Origin: Barthelona sp. PAP020
Taxonomy: Eukaryota
Reading direction: 5' to 3'
Length of the DNA stretch: 33,496 bases
Assembly (NCBI GenBank): GCA_040182905.1
Contig: JARQWU010000096.1
Span: forward strand, 1 to 33,496
Position 1 is the first letter of the stretch, and the number at the start of each line of letters is the position of its first letter. A model generated the notes under the pieces. That model did not search any database, was not told the DNA's origin, and saw only the letters and a list, made by a program, of their open reading frames with translations. Position numbers and translations under genes: made by a program. Positions 11,601 to 20,079 of this stretch are shown piece by piece.

Positions 11601-14600
11601 GTAAGGAACATGGTTTGGCCGTTTTTAATAATGGTAGTTTGGTTGTATGGGGTACTAATGTTGATGATAGTGTTTGTGCTTTGGGTACAACAGATTCATC
11701 CGTTGTGATATCTCCTTTATTACAATTTAAGGAAAAGAATGTTACCAATGTTTTTGCAGGAAATGGCTTTTCGTTCATTGAAGTCTATGAAACCAATATT
11801 TACAAAGTCTATGCATTTGGTTTGGGTGATAATGGACGTTTAGGTATTGGATCAACAGTCACATCTTGCACACCTAAACTTGTTGATTTAACCAGTTCAA
11901 AATTTGGTTATTTTGTTAAACCAGGGTTTAAACATACGTTTTTCCTAAATAAAGAAACAAACGAGTTATTTGTGGTTGGTAGTGTAATTTCAAAGGCTTT
12001 AGGGCTGGATCTAGATCCTTTTATTGTCAGTTGTGTTACTACTCCTACGTTACTTGCAACTAATGTTTGCAAAGTTACAACATTGGTTGATCAAACGATG
12101 TTCCTTTATAATAATGGTTCTATAGCAAGTTTTGGTGTAAATAATGCTGGATCTTTGGGTTTAGGAATATCTACAACGGTAGATGTTATTTTCCCTTCTT
12201 TAATTGTGGATTATCTATTTGTTGCAATGGCCACTGGACAAGATCATGGAATTGTTGTTGTTGGCTTTTTGAAACCTTCAATTATTGAAATAGAACCAAA
12301 GATCATTTCCTCACTTGGTGGTTTGGTCCAAATAACATTTGATCGACCTGTACTATTTGAAGTTTTAAACTGTTCAAATATTTTGTATAAAGTTGAAAAT
12401 ATGTCAAGTTTAGAATTGAGAACTTTGTTTGAATTTAATGCAACCAGTTCAGTTGTTGATCAAGATTGTAATATAAATGTTGGTGAGCACTTGATAAACT
12501 TCATTTTGAACTATTCTAAGCCTATTCTTTCAAATACTTCATTTTTTGTCAATGAAACAAATTTTGTTAGGATAAATGGAAGCAATTTTGGTTCGAATGA
12601 TTTGAAAACATCGTTGTTTTGTGAGAATGAATATTTTAACGTTGTAGAAAGAGAAAATACATTTGCTACGTTTATGGTTAGATCTTATCTTGGAAAAATG
12701 AACTGTTCCTTCGAAATTGATGATTTTAAACAAAATATTACAATATTTTGGGAAAATTTTGAAATTTTGAATTATTATTTACAAAGAAATGAGGCTAACA
12801 TGTTATTTTGTTTGGAAACTTCATTAAACCTATCGTATATGTTTTATAGCATTAAAAGTATTGATTTTGATTACAAAGGCTTATATTATAATGTTGAAAA
12901 TATCACAGAAATATATATCAATACCATATTAAACAGCTTTTGTACCAAAAAGCATGTGATTGGTCATATTGCTAATGTAACATTAAGAATAGGGTTCGAT
13001 TCCATCTCAAAATATAGTTTGACAGTAAATTCGACATTTGACATTGAAGGTTATGCTCCACCATTTATTTGGAATTCAACTGATCATTTGAAAGAGAATT
13101 TTAATAGTACAGAAGCATATTTACGTGATAATTTTGATGATGATATTAGTTTCATAGAAAGCGTGAATTTTGAAGGGTATTTTTCTTTTAAACATGTTGT
13201 ATTGAACAATAGAACTATCTATTTAATGTTCAATTATGTATGCATCAATACTGATTGTATTTATCAAAATTCTGTTATTGATCTTTTTGTTTTCGATGAA
13301 TTTATTTTCGCAAAGAGTTTCAATGTTTCAGGAACGTGGTTATATGTTTATAAAAGTAACACAACAAACATTTTGAAGCTTATAAAGGTTTTTGACAACA
13401 GTTACCACGTCGATGAATGTGGAGCTAATTTTATTGTTAACCATAAAGAACTTTATACTTTTGATGGTGCTTCTGAAACTTTTATTTTAAATAGCTCTGT
13501 TTCTTCAACAGGGTATGAGAATTTCCTGTTTTGCTATAAAACGGCTGTAATTTACACAATGATGAATTATTCACAATGTTTAATGAATTGTGACTTCGTT
13601 AAAGATGAATTATCAATGGACTCTTCAAACCAAGTCATTTTATCTTTGGAACATCAAACCATATTTAAAATTTTGAATGGAAACAATATCAAGAAAATAT
13701 TGTTCTTTGAACCTTTTTATCTTGACCATTGCTACATTTTTGATAATTTAATTGTTTGTAGAGGGTTTTTCAGAACAGAGATAAAATTAAAAATTTATAA
13801 AAATTTTGATTTGCTCTTTGAGAATATTATTACAGCTAATAATGAAACATATTTCGAAATAGAAGATTTGGGTTACAATTTATTCAATACAAGTGTTTTT
13901 TTCATTCGAATTTGTTCAATAAACTTTGAAGTTTGTGAAAATTATCAAAATATTTTACCTAAATTTGATAGCATTGATTTAGTGATGTCTTATAATGAGA
14001 CACTTATATTATCGAACAATTGTGAATTGATTCTGTTTACTGTTGAGTTATCTCATCTTTATGGAATAAGATTGTTCAATTCTACAAGTTCCATGATTAT
14101 TAAAGCTCAAAATATCAGTGCTTCCAGCAATCTTTGGAAAGTTACTGTGGATAACATGGTAATTATTAAAGGAAACTACAGTTTTGAACTGCTTTCTAGT
14201 TTTTCACATTTGTCCACCATTTATTCAATTGTTTTTTTGCCTTATTGTTCAAACAATTGTTCGAATCAAGGAATTTGTGTAGATCAAGACAGTTGTCAAT
14301 GTTTTGAAGGGTTTAATGGCACAAATTGTCAGAATATCGAATGTAAAATGAATTGTAGTGATAATGGTTGGTGTAATAATGGAACATGTGTTTGTAATAC
14401 TCAATTCGATGGAGAAATGTGTGATTTATGTGCATCTAATCATTATGGTTCAAAATGTCAAAAATGCTCTTGTCAAAATGGTGGTATTTGCTCAGATGGT
14501 GTCAATGGTGATGGCAGCTGTCAATGTACAGGAAATTATAATGGTACTGTTTGTAGTGAATGTAGAACTGGATATTATGGATCGTCTTGTGATGTTTGTT

Positions 14601-17587
14601 CATGTAAAAATGGTGGTATATGTTCTGATGGTATCAATGGAGATGGAAGCTGTCAATGTATGGATAATTATGATGGTCTTGAATGTGGACAATGTAAAAC
14701 TGGATACTATGGTTCAAATTGCAATATTTGCAATTGTGAGAATAATGGTATTTGCTCAGATGGTATCAATGGTGATGGAAGCTGTCAATGTACAGGAAAT
14801 TATAATGGGGTTGATTGTGGACAATGTAAAACTGGATATTATGGTTCTGCTTGTGAAAGTTGTTCAGTATGTGTCCATGGTATATGTTCTGAAGGTATCA
14901 ATGGTAATGGTTCTTGTCTTTGTGAAGACAATTTCAATGGGACGTTGTGTAATGAATGTGACAGGGGATATTTTGGTTCTACGTGTGAAAAATGTAACTG
15001 TCCCATGGGATTTCCTTGTTATGATGGAATTAAAGGAACTGGTACTTGCTCTTGTCCTTCTAATTTTGAAGGAAATTATTGTGAAAGATGTAAATCTGGT
15101 TATTATGGATCATCTTGTGATATTTGTGTTTGTCAAAATGGCGGAATTTGTTCTGATGGTATCGATGGAGATGGTAGTTGTCAATGTATTGGTAATTTTG
15201 ATGGCTCTGTTTGTAGTGAGTGTAGATCAGGCTATTATGGATCATCTTGTGAGGCATGCTCATGTGAAAATGGCGGCATATGCTCAGATGGTATTAATGG
15301 TGATGGAAGTTGTCAATGTACAGGAAATTTCGATGGTGTTGTTTGTAGTGAATGTAAGTCAGGTTATTATGGATCATCTTGTGATAGTTGTTCATGTGAA
15401 AATGGCGGCATATGCTCAGATGGTATTAATGGTGAAGGTAGTTGTCAATGTATTGGCAATTTCAATGGCTCTATTTGTAATGAATGTAAGTCAGGTTATT
15501 ATGGATCATCTTGTGAGGCATGTTCATGTGAAAATGGTGGAACTTGTTCTGATGGTATCAATGGTGATGGAAGTTGTCAATGTTCGAGTAATCGACAAGG
15601 TGATGTTTGTGAGTTATGTATGCCCGGTTTTTATGGACCAAATTGTGATATTTGTTTGTGTAAAAATGGGGGCGTATGTTCTGATGGTATCAATGGTGAT
15701 GGAACTTGTCAATGCACAGGGAATTATGATGGCTCAGATTGTGGACAATGTAAAAGTGAATTTTATGGTCCAGATTGTGCCCCTTGTTTGTGTGAGAATG
15801 GGGGAATTTGTTCTGATGGGGTCACTGGTGATGGAAACTGTCAATGTAAAGGACACTTTGCTTCACCATACTGTTCTGACTGTTTGGAAGGACATTGGGG
15901 AACTAATTGCGAAAAATGTCAATGTTATCATGGAATATGTAACGATTCTCTGCTTGGTGATGGGTATTGTACCTGTGAAGAGATGTGGACAGGAAAAGAA
16001 TGTCTTGAAATGTTGTGTGTTGATGATTGCAATGGAAGAGGTAATTGTAATAATGGAACTTGTCTTTGTCATGATGGATATTGGGATAAATCATGTAATC
16101 AAATACAATGTTCTGGATTGATTGTTGAGGATCCCACTTATCCTATTATGTGCTATGGAAATGGTGTTTGCAACAATGGAACATGTATCTGTGACAATGT
16201 TCATACTTTAGAAGATTGTTCAAAACAAATATGCGTGAACGATTGCAGTGGAAATGGTTTTTGTCGTGATGGAACTTGTGAATGTGATGATGGTTATTGG
16301 AGAAATGATTGTAGCGAATTAATTTGTTCTCAACCTTGTATTCATGGTGTTTGTGTGAAGAAAGGTGTTGAAAAATATTGTGATTGTGAAACTTATTATG
16401 CTGGAGTTGATTGTGGTGTTAATATATATTGTGTTAATGGTTATTATGATGGTGCCAAGTGTATTTGTAATGAAGGTTGGCAAGGGAACATTTGTGATGA
16501 GTTTTATGTCAATACAACTATTGAATTAACCACACAATTGATGTTATTGCCTGAAGTTGTCAGTGCAGTTAAAATTGATTATTCACATCACTTTAGTTTT
16601 CATTTTGAGAAGCCTGTTTCCGTAATGATTGACTTAAAGACTCAGACTGTCAAAGAATATTTTTTTGTTGTAAACAACATTACAAACGAGATTGAAAAAG
16701 ATAAGTTTTCAAACGTTTGGATTGAAGATGCTGTAGTCTTGATTTCTTCATCATCCAGTTCTAATGATGTTGAGAATGAAACTACAACTAATCAAGCTCA
16801 ACAATTTATGGAGGTAACGGATGATTTTATTCAGCAAAATGACAACATAACTGACTTAGATTTCACTTTGAAGTGTGTTGGTGAAACAACTAAAATTGTT
16901 AGTTTTCATTTGATTGTTGATTGTCCTTACTTTTGCAATGGTAATGGTGTTTGTACAAATAATTATACCTGCGATTGTAATGATGGTTTTAAAGATGAAT
17001 ATTGTTCTGTTTCCAAATGTCCAAATGGTTGTGGAGATGGGGAATGTATTGGTGAGAATGTTTGTTTGTGTAGTGATGGTTCAACTAGTATGTATTGTAA
17101 TAATTTGAAATATTTCCTTATGAAACAAAATAATTGGTCCAATTTATTGATTATTTTTGTTGTTTTGAGTATCATTTCGATTGTGACAATAATTTGGTAT
17201 CACCGCAAGAAAAAAAGAAAATTGACCAAAAAAACAGCATTGAATTTAAATGAAGAAGAAAAAGAAAAAGAAAAAGAAATGATATGCGATTTGTCTCCAG
17301 AAAATTCTGACTTTGATGTATTTGCTGATTTCAAGATGACAATAATGAATGAACGATTTGTACCATTACCAATAACATATAAAGAATTGATTCAACTTGA
17401 TAAAGGAGATATTGTCAAAGATAATGATGATCTTTCTTCGGAGTCTGTTGATAATAATGAAATCGCTCATGATAGTTTAAATGTTTCAATGGATTTTTCT
17501 CGTGACTTGGGATTATTATTGGAGTCAAATAACTCAATCAATGTTGATTTTGAGGAAGGATTTTTCTTTCCTGAATTTCAAAATTGA
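5699..17587 (+). CDS. Giant type-I membrane protein (3962 aa): signal peptide, RCC1/BLIP-II propeller, EGF, IPT/TIG repeats, second RCC1 propeller, laminin-type EGF array, transmembrane helix, acidic tail
   Basis: Hydrophobic N-terminus. RCC1 blades (WGRNYEGQL, LYSWGYN..STLG, FGLGDNGRLG, AAGKEHGL) at about 5760-6810 and 11200-12265. IPT-type GxNFG motifs at about 9950-11180 and 12570-12600. EGF Cys patterns at about 7120-7470, 8550-8650 and 14240-17100. TM LLIIFVVLSIISIVTIIWY followed by HRKKKRK at about 17144-17220. Confidence 0.9.
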   Translation: MLNDIKLLFLFVLLFIITINCGFRGVGENTHGNLGNITDSDHIMYFKDLPHLNKYNFQKIHALKSTGIGITFKNQTFGWGRNYEGQLCTNTLSDVSIFEINLPFTPINFFASWYANYYISENHTLFGCGDLSLLGQGNDSSTPQFSPLKIFENVSDVCGSSSYGLLVTMDGELYSWGYNVFSTLGVGHTEESFSPTRLAYTEDVRFTKVNCGFTVASAITDTGDLYIWGGVAYSDASYNVYMIGRDNNFETPIKLELVSEVISATHGYEHSLFHLSSGNVYVLGGYARHLIFSDTDVPTNINNDVSTGGAVIALYYHTIIVDSGNFKIAGISYDYELNAGCNLCQYWGLSKTFSGFVSKVWAGMNQTIIYTPASFTDSFFIQLEGVEEKNVTVILNGSDFSPIGFFEQNQDNNIQLYLFSENSLQKHYFVNYSIDDDVIIGNLEWNSQIHGNYSIYFSNAFSSASKTNHVSIYRPCEQSCVMGYCNDSVCVCFSGYTGETCSLRKCLNECPEHSSCLDGVCVCVEGYHGASCSLKDCTYECIRGECGDGICECENYFTGDSCNILTNGHGSIVDGVLQCTERYGGVLCDDLLKIELYGNLTFSVDGTNATIDARNLQYLSYEYDLYMFLLNDPLNNFTIPWEFQWELHESERSVFEFYCSIQNTTCFSDSKDTYGCSTVIDSVSKNATANNVTSERICTNDVVFLDTPYYYNENLITLHNITVCTQCYLYEEHIIIDTWYERSTDTLIVKLPNKGSRDWHFSFSVNDQPATDTNTTNLIINRFGPSIVNFDSIVENDCEFFELKVLNITTDVVIAIDEVTYPYSLTIQKDSFLLRVFDIYLLNEKHMIRIKEGNQYVEEFFSSYSPIIMNVSEIDRSLVFFNISIEGKHFANDSKVIIECDAFNSTFHPFFINKTNILIHNVSLDQGITEICQLSVLSRNMTANKTVIVYSGCIDDCKSHGSCIKGKCLCDTLWEGDLCESVICPPDVDTVKCVNGSLIDINYQISIENVTEFGYKQYQRNFLVEGKNLCFGSSKIGITSDLDINITPINVSEVEYKINVTTYNLKNNPSESIHVPQGYTIFDIGFNCNDSDCSNGTHIVSIASRKIEEIQYWTYVCDGLVIVTNKSLKLERIEWKNDIFGSIINSSFTIAPNDVEFFDFLFMNNKNLLLDGLLPLNIDIMLNITVNNTFYNETFETFETFKTFAAETSMNEIVSFEYLHTNDSNIISLPFMFNGTILLDNQIFDVYPINNDLRVQNEAGFCFNPRNNISFAYASTCVLPFVHFNNSIGTLYNTTYRRITIQKVMPMFNLSGFVGTHEINIFFNDSFVEKVNVSLGECSFDSIVTQSNISTQQGFMLLFGYWGRPEYHLFKDIKSNCTFLNYVTDEIINCTLPEGIGQSSVFISIHNSSLIVDFHYDLPIINYVQPMIVSTLGEEIFVFGNNFGPNVSSFGNFDSHIKYVNHTCFKYLVEPGIGMNIEKIVYIDNNELKLNISYQKPIITNVSLVSPLGENVTVIGKYFGVQNFCKAIFNETFIGCFVHSDTLLTVDVPEGGGTQWKLSVIIGEQESQPFNVNYKAPWINETKGITPQKILLEKSRIFVYGLNFGVLNQGVLNSNAILENLIFQNDSLLIIDIVPDCDTTIIFNYTLFDQSVVFSILTDAPFVEFLSKSLFNTQGDAFYLYGKGFGVNFTLELSTLNSSNQTGSFYAICVSKTSNEIFCCVNEGIGGKMNVSASMCGHTFKLNHTLGYKPPSISSVTPKYLPYFGNLQIQLFGNNFGKHNVTFNFTNNVTICRANQTFINVVVPSFQSLGVLTILLNVGGQNVTFDLLIYDTQTYTFGQGSSFRLGHGDTKSYSIPTVLEDFNFKVLKVEASSYISVLLTDDGDLYWWGLISLLADTCENIAVPTKIDFSKSVKDFSVFQDFALILTSDNEVYSFGSNANQALGFEGDNTCIPQAIPGLTNIKAIAAGKEHGLAVFNNGSLVVWGTNVDDSVCALGTTDSSVVISPLLQFKEKNVTNVFAGNGFSFIEVYETNIYKVYAFGLGDNGRLGIGSTVTSCTPKLVDLTSSKFGYFVKPGFKHTFFLNKETNELFVVGSVISKALGLDLDPFIVSCVTTPTLLATNVCKVTTLVDQTMFLYNNGSIASFGVNNAGSLGLGISTTVDVIFPSLIVDYLFVAMATGQDHGIVVVGFLKPSIIEIEPKIISSLGGLVQITFDRPVLFEVLNCSNILYKVENMSSLELRTLFEFNATSSVVDQDCNINVGEHLINFILNYSKPILSNTSFFVNETNFVRINGSNFGSNDLKTSLFCENEYFNVVERENTFATFMVRSYLGKMNCSFEIDDFKQNITIFWENFEILNYYLQRNEANMLFCLETSLNLSYMFYSIKSIDFDYKGLYYNVENITEIYINTILNSFCTKKHVIGHIANVTLRIGFDSISKYSLTVNSTFDIEGYAPPFIWNSTDHLKENFNSTEAYLRDNFDDDISFIESVNFEGYFSFKHVVLNNRTIYLMFNYVCINTDCIYQNSVIDLFVFDEFIFAKSFNVSGTWLYVYKSNTTNILKLIKVFDNSYHVDECGANFIVNHKELYTFDGASETFILNSSVSSTGYENFLFCYKTAVIYTMMNYSQCLMNCDFVKDELSMDSSNQVILSLEHQTIFKILNGNNIKKILFFEPFYLDHCYIFDNLIVCRGFFRTEIKLKIYKNFDLLFENIITANNETYFEIEDLGYNLFNTSVFFIRICSINFEVCENYQNILPKFDSIDLVMSYNETLILSNNCELILFTVELSHLYGIRLFNSTSSMIIKAQNISASSNLWKVTVDNMVIIKGNYSFELLSSFSHLSTIYSIVFLPYCSNNCSNQGICVDQDSCQCFEGFNGTNCQNIECKMNCSDNGWCNNGTCVCNTQFDGEMCDLCASNHYGSKCQKCSCQNGGICSDGVNGDGSCQCTGNYNGTVCSECRTGYYGSSCDVCSCKNGGICSDGINGDGSCQCMDNYDGLECGQCKTGYYGSNCNICNCENNGICSDGINGDGSCQCTGNYNGVDCGQCKTGYYGSACESCSVCVHGICSEGINGNGSCLCEDNFNGTLCNECDRGYFGSTCEKCNCPMGFPCYDGIKGTGTCSCPSNFEGNYCERCKSGYYGSSCDICVCQNGGICSDGIDGDGSCQCIGNFDGSVCSECRSGYYGSSCEACSCENGGICSDGINGDGSCQCTGNFDGVVCSECKSGYYGSSCDSCSCENGGICSDGINGEGSCQCIGNFNGSICNECKSGYYGSSCEACSCENGGTCSDGINGDGSCQCSSNRQGDVCELCMPGFYGPNCDICLCKNGGVCSDGINGDGTCQCTGNYDGSDCGQCKSEFYGPDCAPCLCENGGICSDGVTGDGNCQCKGHFASPYCSDCLEGHWGTNCEKCQCYHGICNDSLLGDGYCTCEEMWTGKECLEMLCVDDCNGRGNCNNGTCLCHDGYWDKSCNQIQCSGLIVEDPTYPIMCYGNGVCNNGTCICDNVHTLEDCSKQICVNDCSGNGFCRDGTCECDDGYWRNDCSELICSQPCIHGVCVKKGVEKYCDCETYYAGVDCGVNIYCVNGYYDGAKCICNEGWQGNICDEFYVNTTIELTTQLMLLPEVVSAVKIDYSHHFSFHFEKPVSVMIDLKTQTVKEYFFVVNNITNEIEKDKFSNVWIEDAVVLISSSSSSNDVENETTTNQAQQFMEVTDDFIQQNDNITDLDFTLKCVGETTKIVSFHLIVDCPYFCNGNGVCTNNYTCDCNDGFKDEYCSVSKCPNGCGDGECIGENVCLCSDGSTSMYCNNLKYFLMKQNNWSNLLIIFVVLSIISIVTIIWYHRKKKRKLTKKTALNLNEEEKEKEKEMICDLSPENSDFDVFADFKMTIMNERFVPLPITYKELIQLDKGDIVKDNDDLSSESVDNNEIAHDSLNVSMDFSRDLGLLLESNNSINVDFEEGFFFPEFQN
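14465..16005 (+). repeat. Coding tandem array of about 12 x 132-bp (44-aa, 8-Cys) laminin-type EGF units
   Basis: Consensus CSCENGGICSDGINGDGSCQCTGNxDGxxCxECKSGYYGSSCxx. Unit spacing is 132 nt (e.g. 14477 to 14609). Units at about 15250-15540 are nearly identical at DNA level. Confidence 0.9.
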
Positions 17588-18017
17588 TATTCTTTTAAGA
17601 TTTTGACATTTGGAAAAAAAATTTTTTTTTTTAACTTTGATATGATAAGAATTGCTTAAAAAGGTATTTATATGAGCATATCTTCATACATGCCTGTAGA
17701 ATATACATTTCAAAGGTTCAAAGAATATTTCAAACTTTGAGCGACATACTATGAATAAAGACAAATATTTTCTTATTATTTGTTCAATTTGAAGCTTTAA
17801 ATACTTAAACATAAAATATAAAGCATAAATTGAAAATGAAACAGCAGTTTCAAATGTCTTTCTGACATCCCAAAGTATAATTAAGTAAAGAGAAACATTA
17901 TGTATAAGAAAAAACAATATAAATTGCACTTAATTTTTTTTATAATTTCAATATTAACAAACAAAAGCAAACAGATTACAAAATATCGTTTTTCATTTTT
18001 CTTTTTCGGTGTTATTT

Positions 18018-18902
18018 TCATATTTGATCATAAACATTCCTTTCAATCAATGTATTCTTCTTTTTATGTTGTAAAAAGGCAGGTAAACCAAACTTTTTCA
18101 AATATAAAAGAAAACCTCCGGCAGCAGCTAAAATTACAACCAAAATTCCCAACAATATCCATGGAGATATTTTTGAAGCTGGATAAGGAGTAAATACATA
18201 ACGATTGTAAAATGAAATTGCCATATTATGAATATCAGTACAATCAACGGAAGTTCTTCTTGCAACAACAACAATAAAGCCATTTTCATCAGGAATTTCC
18301 TCAAAAGTTAAAGTTTTTTCAAATTTTCCATCAGTAATTTGTTCAAAATTAGTCATTTCACATGTAGAAGGTAATTTTTTTAAACCACAAGAAGAATATG
18401 GTATTACAGTATCAGAAGAACAAAAAATTGCCGCATATTCAACATCAGATGCTTCATCAACATTGAAAAAAACATGTCCTTTTTCAGAATCATACTGTAA
18501 ATTCTTTTGACTAATTTCCGGATTATGTAAATTAAAAGGTACAATCGCAAATCTTAAATTCATAGGAGCTTTGGAAGATAATTCTAAAGTAAATGTCGGT
18601 GAACTTGCAGAATCACTAAAAACTGTTGATAATTTTCGATATGAAGGTAATAAACCTGAATAAACATAACTTTGATCAGATGAAGAAAAACCAACTGAAA
18701 TTTCTGGACCATTACCGCAGCTTTCAACTAACAAAGTACCTTGTGCAGAAGAATAATCATTTAAGCTTGGAAATTTGTATTTCTCTGACTCAGAAAAAGC
18801 ATCAAGTGAAATAATCTTATTATATTCTCCTTCTTTAGAAGCAAATACAATTAAAAATATTGTTAAACTAATAAATATATGATTTAATTTCATCATAAAC
18901 AT
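18018..18902 (-). CDS. Uncharacterised type-I membrane protein (about 292 aa) with a C-terminal YxxPhi motif; start at ATG 18902, 18896 or 18893
   Basis: Signal peptide MKLNHIFISLTIFLIVFAS, beta-rich ectodomain with several Cys, TM WILLGILVVILAAAGGFLLYL followed by KK, and a tail ending NVYDQI-stop. Confidence 0.82.
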   Translation of the reverse strand: MFMMKLNHIFISLTIFLIVFASKEGEYNKIISLDAFSESEKYKFPSLNDYSSAQGTLLVESCGNGPEISVGFSSSDQSYVYSGLLPSYRKLSTVFSDSASSPTFTLELSSKAPMNLRFAIVPFNLHNPEISQKNLQYDSEKGHVFFNVDEASDVEYAAIFCSSDTVIPYSSCGLKKLPSTCEMTNFEQITDGKFEKTLTFEEIPDENGFIVVVARRTSVDCTDIHNMAISFYNRYVFTPYPASKISPWILLGILVVILAAAGGFLLYLKKFGLPAFLQHKKKNTLIERNVYDQI

Positions 18903-19149
18903 TATAAAGAAAAAAACCAAAGCATTCAGAATTTTCTTGACAAAAAAAAAATTTATGCTTGTACAGATTTACAAAAATTACAGATAAAATGGTACAAAAA
19001 TATTCTGAAAGTTCTCTTTTTTGCCAATTTTCATTTATTTATTTAATATACTATTGTTTCAAATGAAAAGATGTTTAGAAAAAGTTGTAAACATGGCAAA
19101 AGTAATTTAAAAACCCTACTAATGACAAAATTAATAAATTGCCAAAAAA

Positions 19150-19740
19150 TTACAAAATAAAAGAATTTTCAGATATTGTTTCCATGTCAAACGATTCAAA
19201 TGCACTATTTCCAAATATTTCAGAGGAATCTGAATCAGGTTCCCACATATCTGAAATGTAAGACATTGAAAGAATAGAATTTTCATCAGACGAAACAGAA
19301 CTTGTGGCTTTAGAACTTGTCGGTACAATAATATCAAAATTATTCAAACTACAAAAGGCGTTTTTAATTTCTAAATCATCATTTGATATTGATGAAAAAG
19401 AATTGTGGTTATATTGAAAAGTAGAATGGAAATTTTTAGAACTCGTATTTTGAATATGACAAAAAGTTGGCTTGGATGGTCTAGAAATTAATAAAGGAAT
19501 ATCATTTGAGAAATCATCAGGAGATCTTGATAAATGATGAAATTTAGTTTTAATATTTCGTTCAAAAGATATTGACTTTTTTGAATTGGACATATCATCA
19601 TGTTTAAAACTTTCGCTTCTGTTTTTGAAGTCAATATTGCTTGGAAAAGGTTGAGAAATACTTCCAGATAATTCCGAATCGATATGTTGAATTTCGAAAC
19701 AAGAATTATATTTTTGAACTAAATTTGAACATTTTCTCAT
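19150..19740 (-). CDS. Hypothetical Ser-rich, probably disordered protein, 196 aa
   Basis: ATG-initiated 196-codon ORF filling the gap between two genes in AT-rich DNA. No family motif recognised. Confidence 0.6.
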   Translation of the reverse strand: MRKCSNLVQKYNSCFEIQHIDSELSGSISQPFPSNIDFKNRSESFKHDDMSNSKKSISFERNIKTKFHHLSRSPDDFSNDIPLLISRPSKPTFCHIQNTSSKNFHSTFQYNHNSFSSISNDDLEIKNAFCSLNNFDIIVPTSSKATSSVSSDENSILSMSYISDMWEPDSDSSEIFGNSAFESFDMETISENSFIL

Positions 19741-20007
19741 GCTTTTCTAAGAAATATAAACTATTTTTGTTACAAAATAAAATTTTTTCAAATTTCCAAA
19801 CAAATTTTTTTTTAATTATCAAAAGATCTTGGTCAAATTTTACTCATATCCTATGCTTTCTGTGTATTGTAACCAAAAAATCACTATAAACCTTGCTTTA
19901 TTATTTGGAAAGCGTTTCAATTTCTTTCAAAAGGGAAAAAACAAAAATTCCATAAAATTACTTTCAAACAGTTAATCTTACAATAAAAAACAGCAAGGTT
20001 TTATTCA

Positions 20008-20038
<31 letters not shown>

Positions 20039-20079
20039 GGGTTTTTTTATTTTTTTTTTTTTAGAAAAAAAAAAAAAAA
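20008..20079. repeat. Duplicated poly(T)-poly(A) palindromic tract
   Basis: T15 A16 GGG T7 A T13 AG A15, directly abutting the LRR gene stop codon. Confidence 0.8.

Noticed and set aside
14358..16121. 587-aa alternative-frame ORF (MVSMVME repeats) inside the giant gene
   Set aside because: Shadow of the TGT/AAT/GGT/GAT codon bias of the EGF array. Low complexity and no independent coding evidence.
17670..17930. 81-aa ORF or structured ncRNA (short stems such as gttcaaag/ctttgagc) between convergent genes
   Set aside because: GTG start with AT-driven composition. The stems are short and there are no convincing snoRNA, snRNA or tRNA motifs; an Infernal scan would be needed.
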